A stretch of 30,836 bases of DNA from positions 1-30,836 of the forward strand of contig JAOZPT010000027.1 of the NCBI GenBank assembly GCA_029932605.1, written 5' to 3'. How positions within the stretch are numbered: position 1 is the first letter of the stretch; the number at the start of each line of letters is the position of its first letter. Origin of the DNA: Candidatus Zixiibacteriota bacterium (lineage in GTDB: Bacteria > Zixibacteria > MSB-5A5 > UBA10806 > 4484-95). Positions 7,969-18,264 of this stretch are shown in pieces. A program made the position numbers and the translations under genes. Under the pieces are notes generated by a model. It did no database searches and was not told the origin of the DNA. It was given only the letters and a program-made list of their open reading frames with translations.

Positions 7969-9417
7969 ATGGATTCCGATTTTGAGAAACTTAAAGCTCG
8001 GGAAATTGCGGCTAAAATCCATTCGAGAGTAATATCCTCTGTTGAAGTCACAAAATATTTTCTCGACCGGATAGAATCTTTAAATCCCGAAATAAATGCC
8101 TTCATATCGTTCGACCACGAGTTTGCCTTAAATCAAGCAAAGAGGATCGATAACCGCATAGGGTCAAACGATATAACGTCGCCCCTTATGGGAGTGCCGG
8201 TTGCTATAAAAGATAACATACAGGTATCAGGTTTACCGACAACCTGTGCCTCAAGAATACTCTCTGGTTACAAAGCGGTTTTTGATGCCGGTTTAGTTGA
8301 AAAAATCAAGAGAGCAGGCCTGGTGATTATCGGCAAAACAAATCTTGATGAATTCGCTATGGGTTCTTCTAACGAGTATAGCTATTATGGTCCAGTGAAA
8401 AATCCAATTGATAACACCAAAGTCTCAGGCGGTTCCTCCGGTGGCTCAGCAGCAGCAGTTGCTGGGAGAATGGTTCCGCTTGCTATTGGCTCTGACACTG
8501 GTGGTTCGGTGCGTTTACCGGCTGCTTTCTGCGGTGTTCCTGCTATAAGGCCCTCTTATGGACGAATCTCGCGTTATGGACTTGTGGCTTTTGCCTCCTC
8601 GCTCGACCAGATTGGGCCATTTGCTCTTGATGTCACTGATCTGGCGATGTTACTTTCCATCGTCAGCGGTTATGATTATCGTGATTCAACATCGATAAAT
8701 GTGCCCATACCCGATTATGCATCGATTTTAAAGAGCGGTTTAAACGGTTTAAGGGTTGGTATTCCCAAAGAATATTTTGGCGAGGGTATTGAACAGACGG
8801 TGCGATTGGCGGTTAATGATGTAATCAGACATCTTAAGAATGATAATGTAGAACTTGTCGATATTTCATTGCCGACAACTAAATATGCTGTAGCTGTCTA
8901 TTATGTAATAGCCAATGCTGAGGCCTCATCAAATTTAGCCCGTTATGATGGAGTCAGATATGGTTACCGTTCTGATAGTATTGAATCGCTATTTGATCTT
9001 TATTGCAATTCTCGAAGTGAGGGGTTTGGACAGGAGGTGAAACGTCGGATTATGCTTGGCACCTATGTCCTTTCGGCAGGTTATTATGATGCCTATTACA
9101 GGCGAGCAATGAAAGTGCGAACCTTGATCCGTGATGACTTCAACAGAGCCTTTGAGAAGTGCGAACTGATTTTATCACCTACTTCACCTTCGGTAGCGTT
9201 CGATTTCGGTGAACGTCTCGTTGACCCTCTTAAGATGTATCTATCGGATATCTATACCGTAGCCTCTCCGCTGGCTGGGATTCCGGCAATGTCGGTTCCG
9301 TGCGGGAAAGATCCATCCGGTTTGCCTATTGGCCTTCAGCTTATTGGTAAGCGTTTTGATGAGGAGAGTGTTCTTCAAGGGGCGTATCATATAGAGAGGA
9401 TGATGGATGTTGTCTGA
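7969..9417 (+). CDS. gatA: Asp/Glu-tRNA amidotransferase subunit A
   Basis: AIKDN, GKTNLDEFAMGSS, GGSSGGS, GSDTGGSVR, EASSNLARYDGVRYG, EVKRRIMLGT. Confidence 0.97.
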   Translation: MDSDFEKLKAREIAAKIHSRVISSVEVTKYFLDRIESLNPEINAFISFDHEFALNQAKRIDNRIGSNDITSPLMGVPVAIKDNIQVSGLPTTCASRILSGYKAVFDAGLVEKIKRAGLVIIGKTNLDEFAMGSSNEYSYYGPVKNPIDNTKVSGGSSGGSAAAVAGRMVPLAIGSDTGGSVRLPAAFCGVPAIRPSYGRISRYGLVAFASSLDQIGPFALDVTDLAMLLSIVSGYDYRDSTSINVPIPDYASILKSGLNGLRVGIPKEYFGEGIEQTVRLAVNDVIRHLKNDNVELVDISLPTTKYAVAVYYVIANAEASSNLARYDGVRYGYRSDSIESLFDLYCNSRSEGFGQEVKRRIMLGTYVLSAGYYDAYYRRAMKVRTLIRDDFNRAFEKCELILSPTSPSVAFDFGERLVDPLKMYLSDIYTVASPLAGIPAMSVPCGKDPSGLPIGLQLIGKRFDEESVLQGAYHIERMMDVV

Positions 9418-10852
9418 ATACGAGGCAGTGATAGGTCTGGAGGTACATATCCAGCTCAAGACCGATTCCAAGATATTTTGCGGGTGCTCGACCGCCTTTG
9501 GTGGAGAGCCAAATATACGCGTTTGTCCTGTATGTCTGGGAATGCCGGGAGTTCTGCCCAAGATAAACAAAAGAGCAGTTGAGTTTACCATTAAGATGGT
9601 TTTAGCCACTGCTGGAACTGTCCATCAGGAAAGCATTTTCGCCCGAAAAAATTATTTTTATCCGGACCTTCCTAAAGGATACCAAATCTCACAGTACGAA
9701 TTTCCCATTGCTACCGGTGGTGCGGTTATAATTAAAAATAAAGATGGTGAGCAGAAAAGGATTCGTCTGAGCAGGATACACCTTGAGGAGGAAGCGGGCA
9801 AGTTGTTCCATGATACCGATGACCGATGCTCGTATATCGACTTGAACCGATGCGGCATTCCCCTTGTCGAGATAGTTACCGAACCCGACTTGCGAAGCAG
9901 TGAGGAGGCGTATTTATTTTTGAGCAAAATCAAGCAGATAGCAGAATATTTAGATATCTGTACCGGGAACATGGAAGAGGGTGCTATTCGTTGCGATATC
10001 AATATCTCGGTGAAATCTAAGGGAGATAAAAACTACGGCACCCGCCGTGAGATTAAAAATATGAATTCGTTAAAATTTATTAAAAGAGCTATCGATTATG
10101 AAAGGGATAGCCAGATACAGATTATCAAATCGGGTGGGAACATATCTCAGGAAACGATGTTATGGGATGAAGAGGTTGGTGTAACCAAATTGATGCGCAC
10201 CAAGGAGGAATCAGAGGATTATCGCTATTTCCCTGAACCAGACTTGATGCGTCTTGAAATCACTCCTGAATGGATTGAAAGGGTTAGAAAGACACTTCCC
10301 GAACTTCCCGATGAAAAATATCGCCGATTTATAAGGCAGTACGGTATCCCTGCTTATGATGTCGGGGTATTGACCTCAAGCAGAAATCTGGCTGACTATT
10401 TTGAGGTTGTGGCTTTGGTTTCAAAACAGCCTAAGCTTGCCTCTAACTGGGTCATGGTTGAACTTATGCGGGAGATTAAGGAGACTGACATATCACGTAT
10501 AAAGGTAAGGCCGGAAAATCTGGGAACGTTAATAACGATGATAGCCATGGGGAAGATTTCAAGCAGGTCTGCCAAAGATGTTTTTGCCGAGATGGTCAGA
10601 ACAGGTCGGAACGCCGAAGAGATTGTCAAGGCTGAGGGCTTGAAACAGATTTCAGATAAAGCCAAAATCGAAAAGGTCGTGAAATTAGTTCTTGATAACA
10701 ATAGGGTAAGTGTCCGAAAATATCTTAGAGGCAAAGAAGGGCTTTTTGGTTTCTTTTTTGGCCAGGTTATGAGGGAAACAAACGGTAGAGCCGAACCAGG
10801 GCTAGTTAATAAAATTTTGATGGATGAACTTAATAAACGAAGGGGGCAGTGA
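9407..10852 (+). CDS. gatB: Asp/Glu-tRNA amidotransferase subunit B
   Basis: IGLEVH, CPVCLGMPG, RKNYFYPDLPKGYQISQ, DYRYFPEPDL, YqeY-like tail. Confidence 0.97.
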   Translation: MLSEYEAVIGLEVHIQLKTDSKIFCGCSTAFGGEPNIRVCPVCLGMPGVLPKINKRAVEFTIKMVLATAGTVHQESIFARKNYFYPDLPKGYQISQYEFPIATGGAVIIKNKDGEQKRIRLSRIHLEEEAGKLFHDTDDRCSYIDLNRCGIPLVEIVTEPDLRSSEEAYLFLSKIKQIAEYLDICTGNMEEGAIRCDINISVKSKGDKNYGTRREIKNMNSLKFIKRAIDYERDSQIQIIKSGGNISQETMLWDEEVGVTKLMRTKEESEDYRYFPEPDLMRLEITPEWIERVRKTLPELPDEKYRRFIRQYGIPAYDVGVLTSSRNLADYFEVVALVSKQPKLASNWVMVELMREIKETDISRIKVRPENLGTLITMIAMGKISSRSAKDVFAEMVRTGRNAEEIVKAEGLKQISDKAKIEKVVKLVLDNNRVSVRKYLRGKEGLFGFFFGQVMRETNGRAEPGLVNKILMDELNKRRGQ

Positions 10853-11430
10853 TGCTCAAGCTGGCGGTATTTGCCTCTGGGGGTGGTACAAATCTTCAGG
10901 CACTTATCGATGCTTGCCGGTCAAAGGCGATTGGTGCCGAAATAAAGGCGGTTATATCCAATAACTCCAAAGCCTTTGCCCTGGAAAGAGCAAAAAAATC
11001 AGGCATTGATACTTTTCATATCAGTAAAAAGAAGTACCCGGATGAAAATAAATACGTTCAGGCTATCAAGGACGTATTGGCAAGGTATAATATTGATCTT
11101 ATTGTTCTGGCTGGTTATATGAAGTTGTTACCGGTGGATATCGTTCGGAATTATTATGGCAGAATTATTAATATTCATCCAGCGCTTCTGCCAAAATACG
11201 GTGGAGAGGGCATGTATGGTTTAAATGTCCATAAGGCGGTTTTGCAGGCTGGCGAGAAGTATTCTGGGGCAACCGTTCATATGGTGGATGAAAGATATGA
11301 TCATGGCCCGATTTTGATTCAACGGCGAGTTCCTGTTTTAACGAATGATACCCCTGAAACTCTGGCGGCAAGGGTGCTGGAAGTTGAACATAAGATTTTG
11401 CCCATGGCGGTTTCGCTATTTAAAAAATGA
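10849..11430 (+). CDS. purN: Phosphoribosylglycinamide formyltransferase
   Basis: FASGGGTNLQA, LAGYM, INIHPALLP, GATVH.VDE.YDHGPI. Confidence 0.97.
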   Translation: MMLKLAVFASGGGTNLQALIDACRSKAIGAEIKAVISNNSKAFALERAKKSGIDTFHISKKKYPDENKYVQAIKDVLARYNIDLIVLAGYMKLLPVDIVRNYYGRIINIHPALLPKYGGEGMYGLNVHKAVLQAGEKYSGATVHMVDERYDHGPILIQRRVPVLTNDTPETLAARVLEVEHKILPMAVSLFKK

Positions 11431-13013
11431 GAATATTTATCTGCTTATCTCTTTTATCGTTTTTAATACTTTGTGAGCCAAGGGATGTCGGTAGCGAGAC
11501 TTATATACGGAAGATAAGATTAAAACGTTTAAATGTTTTCGATAAAGAACTTGAACACGAGAATAATTTTATCTACAAAACGGCTAATAGATTACACATA
11601 GTAACCAGGGAGCGTGTAATTCGCAGGGAACTTCTTGTCAGAGAAGGAGAACCGTTTGATAGTATGGCTCTTTATGAAAGCGCGAAGAATATAAGGGCTC
11701 TGCCATTTATTGGTGAGGTCTATATGGACATTAAAAATGCATCTGGTGATTCGGTTGATGTTGATGTGACTACAGAGGACTTGTGGACGACTGTTGTCGG
11801 TATCTCTGGTGAGGGCGGTGGTGGCCGATATGTTGTATCGTTGTATGCCGACGAAAAAAACATTGCCGGCCTGGGCATGGCCGTAGAAACGACCCTGAAA
11901 TTCGCCTCTGATGATGACAACGGCTTTTCGATCCATGCTTACGATAACCGTTTTCTGGGGACAAGATTGTTTACAGATGTCTGGTGTAAGGATTTTACCT
12001 TTGATGAGCAACTAAAACTATTTGTGTCATACCCGTTTTATAAGATTGACACGAGGTGGAGTTTTTCATGTTCTTTCAATAGATTGAAGTTACGCAAACG
12101 TTTATTTCATGATGGCAAGGAATTTTTTCGTTATCGGCGGGATATAACATCTTTCCTCCTTAAGGGCATAAGGGCTTTTGGGAAATTCAACAGAATCGAA
12201 CCATATTTACAGTATGTTTATAATGATAACGATTACGGCATTGAACTGATGGATAACCCTTACAATGTACTGATACCCGAGGATGAGGTGTTAAGCGGCC
12301 CTGGGCTAGGGTTTAAAATATATACGCTGAGTTTTGCCACGGCCAGGTATCTTGATGAATTTGGTACAACCGAGGATTTGAACAAACATTTAACTTTCGA
12401 TATCAATACCACCTGGTCCGGTCCAACATTTAAGGGAGATTACGAGGCTGCCCTGCTCGAAATAAAATCGGGATTTTTGCAAGAACCGATAGCTAATGTT
12501 TATACCGGTTTTAAGAATATCTACTCGTGTTATTGCAATGGTTCGACCAGTGAACGGATTATCAACAAGATGGAAACGGCATTTTATTTTAAACCCTCAA
12601 CGTATCACCTTCTGGCCGTAAGGTACTTATCGGCTTTCGCATGGCAGCAACAGCCGGATTATCAGTTGGTTTTGGGTGGAAACAACGGTTTGAGAGGATA
12701 TTCTGATCGTTATTTTGATGGCTGTAAGTTGGCTCTTTTTAATTTCGAGTATCGTCTTTTCACACCCATTGAGATTTTTACTGTTGGCCTTGGAGCGGTA
12801 GCTTTTTTTGATGCTGGATATGTCTGGGATGACCATGAACGGGTTAAAATCGATGACCTCAGAAGTGATTTCGGGTTGGGGTTGCGTTTTGGCTTAACAA
12901 AATCATCGACTGCCCGTACCGTCAGGTTGGATATGGCATGGTCATCGGACATGTCGGACTGGTATATTTCATTTGGAACGGGGAACCTATTTGAGCTTGC
13001 GCGTTTTAAGTAA
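11427..13013 (+). CDS. Omp85/BamA-TamA family outer-membrane protein
   Basis: Signal peptide; POTRA-like TRERVIRRELL..EGEPFD; EKNIAGLG; LGGNNGLRGY; EYR; FFDAGYVW; GLGLRF; RLDMA. Confidence 0.85.
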   Translation: MRIFICLSLLSFLILCEPRDVGSETYIRKIRLKRLNVFDKELEHENNFIYKTANRLHIVTRERVIRRELLVREGEPFDSMALYESAKNIRALPFIGEVYMDIKNASGDSVDVDVTTEDLWTTVVGISGEGGGGRYVVSLYADEKNIAGLGMAVETTLKFASDDDNGFSIHAYDNRFLGTRLFTDVWCKDFTFDEQLKLFVSYPFYKIDTRWSFSCSFNRLKLRKRLFHDGKEFFRYRRDITSFLLKGIRAFGKFNRIEPYLQYVYNDNDYGIELMDNPYNVLIPEDEVLSGPGLGFKIYTLSFATARYLDEFGTTEDLNKHLTFDINTTWSGPTFKGDYEAALLEIKSGFLQEPIANVYTGFKNIYSCYCNGSTSERIINKMETAFYFKPSTYHLLAVRYLSAFAWQQQPDYQLVLGGNNGLRGYSDRYFDGCKLALFNFEYRLFTPIEIFTVGLGAVAFFDAGYVWDDHERVKIDDLRSDFGLGLRFGLTKSSTARTVRLDMAWSSDMSDWYISFGTGNLFELARFK

Positions 13014-14457
13014 TTATACTCGGGGTTTCTGGTTATTTTTAATAGCAATTACTGTAGTCAGGTTATTTATTGCTCTATTTCTTGGTCCTGCTCCGCAGGA
13101 GACGTATTACTGGAATTATTCCAAGCATCTCGACCTCTCCTATTTTGACCACCCTCCCATGACTGCTTACCTGATATATCTTTTTACCAGCATTTTTGGA
13201 GATAATGCATTTGGCATTCATTTCTCTGCGGTATTTATATCAGTTATTCTGGCTATTGCTCTTTTTTATTTTGTAAATGCGCTGTTTGATGAAAGGATGG
13301 CTTTCTGGGCGGTAGTGGTTTCCTCCACCACATTTATATTTGCCCTAGGTTCACTTATCATCACCCCCGATGCGCCACTACTGTTGTTCTGGATATTGAT
13401 GATGATTTCTCTATATCAATCTATCAGGTCGGGTAGAAACTTATGGTGGATTTTGACCGGTGTATTTCTGGGTGCAGCTTTTGTCTCAAAATATACTGCA
13501 GTATTTGCCATTGCTGGGGCTTTTTTGTATCTGGTGGTTTCAAAACAAAGGCGATTTTTTTTGAAAACAGTGGGCCCTTTTTTGTCTTTGGTGGCCGGCT
13601 TGATCGTATCATTACCTGTAATCATCTGGAATTACCAACATGACTGGGCAAGTTTTGGTTTCCAGAGTGGAAGAAGAGCTGCCGGTTTTTCATTATTGCG
13701 TCCTGATTATTTCTTTGGTTTTATCGGTTCACAGGTTGGTATAACGGCTATATTCTTAATGCCGCTTTTTATCTGGGGTATAATAAAAGCTGTCGGTAAG
13801 GTTAAAGATGACCAGAACCTGGCTTTGCTTTTCTGGTTTTGCATACCGACTTTGACTTTCTTTATCGCCATATCGCCGTTAACATATGTAAAGATGAACT
13901 GGTTGGCGCCTGCATATTTATCTGGATTTCCGTTGGCGCTTTATTTTTATTTCAGGTCAATGAGACGTTCTTTGAAAAATTATGGTATTTTCGCTTTGAC
14001 CTTTTCTGTGGTTGTAACTGTGGCGGTCCATTTCCTTGCCCTGTTCCCCATTTTCGGTATAGGGCGGGCTGATACGATAAATGGTTTTAAAGAGCTATCG
14101 GCAAGGGTTGATGAGATAAAAAAGGATTTTGAAGACCGGGAACAGTTGTTTATTTGCGGGTATGAATATAAAACAGCCTCGCAATTGAGGTTCTACCTTG
14201 AGGGGCAACCGGAAACCTGCTCAAACAATATCGTAGGCGAAAGAGGGCTGGCTTATGACTATTGGAGCAACCCGGATACACTTATAGGATGGAACTGCAT
14301 TTTCGTTTATGATGAAAGAAACAGATATAAAGAACCGGAAAAGCTATCTGTATTTTTCGAGCATGTTGAAGGACCGGAGGTTTTAACAGTTACAAGGGGT
14401 GGAAAGAAGATAACAGATTTTCATATTTATCGATGTTACAAATACAGGGGTCTATGA
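12973..14457 (+). CDS. GT39/ArnT-PMT family membrane glycosyltransferase
   Basis: QETYYWNYS..LDLSYFDHPPM, TPDAPLL, SKYT, PVIIWNYQHDWASF; polytopic; exact start uncertain. Confidence 0.88.
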   Translation: MERGTYLSLRVLSNYTRGFWLFLIAITVVRLFIALFLGPAPQETYYWNYSKHLDLSYFDHPPMTAYLIYLFTSIFGDNAFGIHFSAVFISVILAIALFYFVNALFDERMAFWAVVVSSTTFIFALGSLIITPDAPLLLFWILMMISLYQSIRSGRNLWWILTGVFLGAAFVSKYTAVFAIAGAFLYLVVSKQRRFFLKTVGPFLSLVAGLIVSLPVIIWNYQHDWASFGFQSGRRAAGFSLLRPDYFFGFIGSQVGITAIFLMPLFIWGIIKAVGKVKDDQNLALLFWFCIPTLTFFIAISPLTYVKMNWLAPAYLSGFPLALYFYFRSMRRSLKNYGIFALTFSVVVTVAVHFLALFPIFGIGRADTINGFKELSARVDEIKKDFEDREQLFICGYEYKTASQLRFYLEGQPETCSNNIVGERGLAYDYWSNPDTLIGWNCIFVYDERNRYKEPEKLSVFFEHVEGPEVLTVTRGGKKITDFHIYRCYKYRGL

Positions 14458-15362
14458 TGAGCCTGATGCAATCAGATTTAAGAGACATTCCTCTTTTGTT
14501 GAGAGGTAAAGTGCGCGATGTATATGACCTTGGGGATAAACTGCTAATAATTGCAACTGACAGGATTTCCGCTTTTGATTGGGTCCTTCCAAATGGCATC
14601 CCGGGCAAGGGCAAGATCTTAACCTCGATATCGATCTTCTGGTTTAATTATACTCGCGATATAATAGAAAACCATTTGTTGACAGTCGATGTTGATAGTT
14701 ATCCGCCACAACTGAGGCCGTATCGTGACCAGCTTGAAGGCCGCTCAATGCTTGTCAGAAAAGCTAAGCGTATCGATATAGAATGCGTGGCACGAGGGTA
14801 TATTATTGGTTCGGGTTACAAGGATTATATAAAGCAAAAACCCGGCAATGGAAAGATAAACCTCCACGGAAACATCTTGCCGATGGGCCTGAAACTTGCC
14901 GATAAGCTTCCTTGTCCCATCTTCACGCCAGCCACCAAAGAAAAATCCGGGCATGATATCAATATCAGCCTTGAAGAGATGGCAAGGATGGTCGGCAAGG
15001 AACTTACATTAAAGCTTAAAGATATCTCACTGGCTGTTTATACTAAGGCGGCAGAGTATGCTTTAAAGCGCGGGATAATTATCGCTGACACGAAATTCGA
15101 GTTTGGTTTCGATGGTGAGCGATTGATATTAATTGACGAGATTCTCTCTCCGGATTCGTCGCGATTCTGGCCGTTGACCTCCTATAAACCAGGGGTTAAT
15201 CCCGAGAGTTTTGACAAACAGTATGTCCGCGATTGGCTTGAAAATACTGACTGGGACAAAAACTCACCACCGCCTGAAATGCCACAGGAAATTATCGATA
15301 AAACACTTGAAAAATATAAAGAGGCTCACCGATTACTCGTAGGAAAGGATATCGATGATTAA
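14454..15362 (+). CDS. purC: SAICAR synthetase
   Basis: GKVRDVY, ATDRISAFD, ECVARGY, FTPATK, IIADTKFEFG, PDSSRFW, DKQYVRDWL; ATGA overlap with the upstream stop at 14454. Confidence 0.97.
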   Translation: MMSLMQSDLRDIPLLLRGKVRDVYDLGDKLLIIATDRISAFDWVLPNGIPGKGKILTSISIFWFNYTRDIIENHLLTVDVDSYPPQLRPYRDQLEGRSMLVRKAKRIDIECVARGYIIGSGYKDYIKQKPGNGKINLHGNILPMGLKLADKLPCPIFTPATKEKSGHDINISLEEMARMVGKELTLKLKDISLAVYTKAAEYALKRGIIIADTKFEFGFDGERLILIDEILSPDSSRFWPLTSYKPGVNPESFDKQYVRDWLENTDWDKNSPPPEMPQEIIDKTLEKYKEAHRLLVGKDIDD

Positions 15363-16878
15363 GAGAGCTTTGATATCGGTTTATGATAAAAAATATCTTG
15401 ATAAACTCGCCGATTTTTTAGCAAAAAGGGGAGTGGAGATAGTTTCCTCCGGTGGGACTTATGATTTTTTAAATAAGATTGGGATTTCTGTTAAGAAAGT
15501 AAGCGATATCACTGGCTCGGCCGAGATTCTCAACGGGCGTGTAAAAACGCTTCATCCGGCCATACATGCTGGAATTTTAGCAAGAACTGACCAGTTAGAA
15601 CAACTTGAGGAAAGTGGAATTGAACCCTTTGACCTGGTTGTGGTCAATCTCTACCCGTTTGAGCAGATGGTGGCAAGCAATGCAGGGACAGATGAAGTTC
15701 TGGAGAATATCGACATTGGCGGTCCGGCAATGCTTCGCGCTGCTGCCAAAAATTACCCAAGGGTAACTGTTATATGCAGCCCCGATTATTATGATATATT
15801 AGTCGAACAGGTGGAAAAAAATGATGGTGATACGACAATTGAGTTTCGGAAGGAAATGGCGGAGAAAGTGTTTGCTCACACAACAGCCTATGATAACGCC
15901 ATCGCTAGTTTTTTAACTGAAAGAGGCGAACAGTTTGCCGAACATCTAACCTTATCATTTGAGAAGCGGAAACTTTTGAGATATGGAGAAAACCCGCATC
16001 AGCAGGCGGCGCTATATCTTGATCCAGCGTACAAACTTAGTTCGCTTGCCAGGGCTCGTGTCCTATCGGGAAAGGAACTGTCGTTTAACAACCTCTGGGA
16101 TTTGGAAGCGACCATGCAGATGGTAGGCGATTTCGATGAACCTTTCGCCGTTGTCGTCAAACATACGAATCCATGTGGGGCGGCAGTAGGTAGAACATTG
16201 GCAGAGGCATACGGTAAGGCTTTTGAATCTGACCCTCTTTCGGCTTTCGGATCGATTATAGGGCTTAACAGGGTAGTTGATATCAAGACCGCCGAGCTAA
16301 TTCACAAGACGCGTTTTGTTGAATGTGTCTTGGCGCCTGATTTTTCCAGTGAATCTCTTGAACTGATGAAGAAGAAAAAGCAACGGCGCCTTGTGGCTGT
16401 GGGAGAATTGAGAAGGTGCTATGATTTGGAGATAAGAGCCATCACGGGCGGAGCGCTTGTGCAAACACGGGATACAATCGAATTGAAACCTGAAAATTTA
16501 AAAGTTGTCAGCAAAGTCACACCAACAGCTAAACAGATTGATGATTTATTATTTGCTTTTAGGGTGGTCAAGCATGTCAAATCAAATGCTGTGATAATCT
16601 GTAAGGATGGCGCCACTGTTGGTATAGGACCGGGGCAGACCAGCCGTGTTGATTCGTCTATCATAGCCGTGCGTAAAGCAGGTGATAGAGCCAAAGGTGC
16701 GGTTGCTGCCTCTGATGCCTTTTTCCCAATGCCTGATGGTTTAGAGGTTTTGGCCGATGCTGGCGTCAATGCTGTAATTCAGCCTGGGGGAAGCAAGGGC
16801 GACAACGATGTCATTATCACTGCCGATAGACTAGGTGTGGCAATGGTGTTCACCGGTATAAGGCATTTTAAACACTAA
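15355..16878 (+). CDS. purH: Bifunctional AICAR transformylase/IMP cyclohydrolase
   Basis: RALISVYDK, GRVKTLHP, ENIDIGGP, LRYGENPHQ, KHTNPCG, KSNA, ASDAFFP, RHFKH. Confidence 0.98.
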   Translation: MIKRALISVYDKKYLDKLADFLAKRGVEIVSSGGTYDFLNKIGISVKKVSDITGSAEILNGRVKTLHPAIHAGILARTDQLEQLEESGIEPFDLVVVNLYPFEQMVASNAGTDEVLENIDIGGPAMLRAAAKNYPRVTVICSPDYYDILVEQVEKNDGDTTIEFRKEMAEKVFAHTTAYDNAIASFLTERGEQFAEHLTLSFEKRKLLRYGENPHQQAALYLDPAYKLSSLARARVLSGKELSFNNLWDLEATMQMVGDFDEPFAVVVKHTNPCGAAVGRTLAEAYGKAFESDPLSAFGSIIGLNRVVDIKTAELIHKTRFVECVLAPDFSSESLELMKKKKQRRLVAVGELRRCYDLEIRAITGGALVQTRDTIELKPENLKVVSKVTPTAKQIDDLLFAFRVVKHVKSNAVIICKDGATVGIGPGQTSRVDSSIIAVRKAGDRAKGAVAASDAFFPMPDGLEVLADAGVNAVIQPGGSKGDNDVIITADRLGVAMVFTGIRHFKH

Positions 16879-16970
16879 AATTATTAAAGACAGGCAAGGT
16901 TGCCCTCATAATTTTTTTTCTTTTTATTTAAAAAACAGGACCTTGAGTAATAGACCCTTCGGATTAATCC

Positions 16971-17467
16971 CTACCTTAACATTAACATCTTCTTAGTTTC
17001 ACTGAAATTCTCACCCTTGAGACTGTAGAGATATATTCCAGAGGAAAGCTCTTCCCCGTTTTCCGTTTTACCGTCCCAGACAATAGAATGTGAACCAGCT
17101 TCAAAAAAACCATCAGATTATTATTATCGCAATTTTAATTGTAAATACCCCACTTATCGTTAAATGCGATAATGTTATTAACTGTATTTATATTCATGCC
17201 GTAAGTTAAAGTAACGGTTCCCAAGTATAATATTTCCATAACTGTTGATTGCGGTCCGTTCTCGCTTTCAACGACGATATCCTTGCCTGAGAAATTTATA
17301 TTCTCGAAGTATATTCCTTCGACGACCAAGACGGTATCCATATCTTCACTTGCGTCAATACCCGCCTGGATCGTTGGATAATCACCAGGCACATGAATCG
17401 TTGTTGCCATTGCAGAAACTGCAAATAAAGACACAACAATACCAATAATGATTTTTGATCTAAACAT
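16971..17467 (-). pseudogene. Internally deleted secreted beta-helix/T9SS-CTD protein
   Basis: SD AGGAGGT and signal peptide, then TIHVPGDYPTIQAGIDA...ENINF, stop at 17135; then in another frame DGFFEAGSHSIVWDGKTENGEELSSGIYLYSLKGENFSETKKMLMLR* ending at 16971 (partial FlgD-like CTD). Confidence 0.8.
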
Positions 17468-17696
17468 GATAAAACCTCCTGATGAATCAGTTATGATTTT
17501 GTTAACTTTTGGTCTTTTTATTTAATAGCCCGTATAAGAATTAGGGGCGACTTTTCTGTTGTCAAGAAAAAAATGGGTTTTGCTGATACATGCGGTTAAT
17601 TTAACAAAACTCCAAGTCATAGATTGCCGTATATAGATCGAGTTTAAGAATTAATGTGGTGTAAGTTTTGTTTTAGAAAGGAGCCGGGACAGGAAT

Positions 17697-18170
17697 GTGA
17701 TAAAGTTAGTCGATGTTAAATCTGAAGATGAGATTGAACATATCAGAAAGCTGTTTGAAGAGTATGCCGACTGGTTAGCGTTCGATCTTTGTTTTCAAGA
17801 TTTCGAAACCGAGCTTGGCAACCTTCCAGGGGATTATGTTCCACCTTATGGACGGCTTATATTAGCCTATATCGGTTCAAAAGTTGCCGGATGCGTTGCC
17901 CTGCGTAGATTTGATGAGCACACCTGTGAGATGAAGAGGTTGTATGTTCGCCCGAGGTTCAGGAAAAAAGGTCTTGGAAGGAAACTGGCGATTGCGGTTA
18001 TTGAAGAAGCCAAGAAAATAGGTTATAAATCTATGAGATTGGATACGCTTTCTTTTATGAAAGAAGCTTTGATGCTTTATAAGTCTTTAGGTTTCAAAAG
18101 AATCGACCGCTACAGGTATAACCCGATCGAGGGAGCGATGTTTCTGGAACTAAACTTGACTGAGGAATAA
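17697..18170 (+). CDS. GNAT family N-acetyltransferase
   Basis: DLCFQDFETELGNLPGDY.PP.G, GCVALR, CEMKRLYVRP.FRKKGLG, MRLDTL, LYKSLGF. Confidence 0.93.
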   Translation: MIKLVDVKSEDEIEHIRKLFEEYADWLAFDLCFQDFETELGNLPGDYVPPYGRLILAYIGSKVAGCVALRRFDEHTCEMKRLYVRPRFRKKGLGRKLAIAVIEEAKKIGYKSMRLDTLSFMKEALMLYKSLGFKRIDRYRYNPIEGAMFLELNLTEE

Positions 18171-18264
18171 GATATAGTTTTGTAATTTTAAATATTACAT
18201 CAAATAATTTAGATTAACCAAATATCTTGCATTTCAAGAATAATCAATTTTATTATTTATTCTT

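Noticed and set aside
15300..15360. ZTP or purine riboswitch ahead of pur genes
   Set aside because: purN, purC and purH overlap their upstream genes, leaving no leader, and no motif was seen
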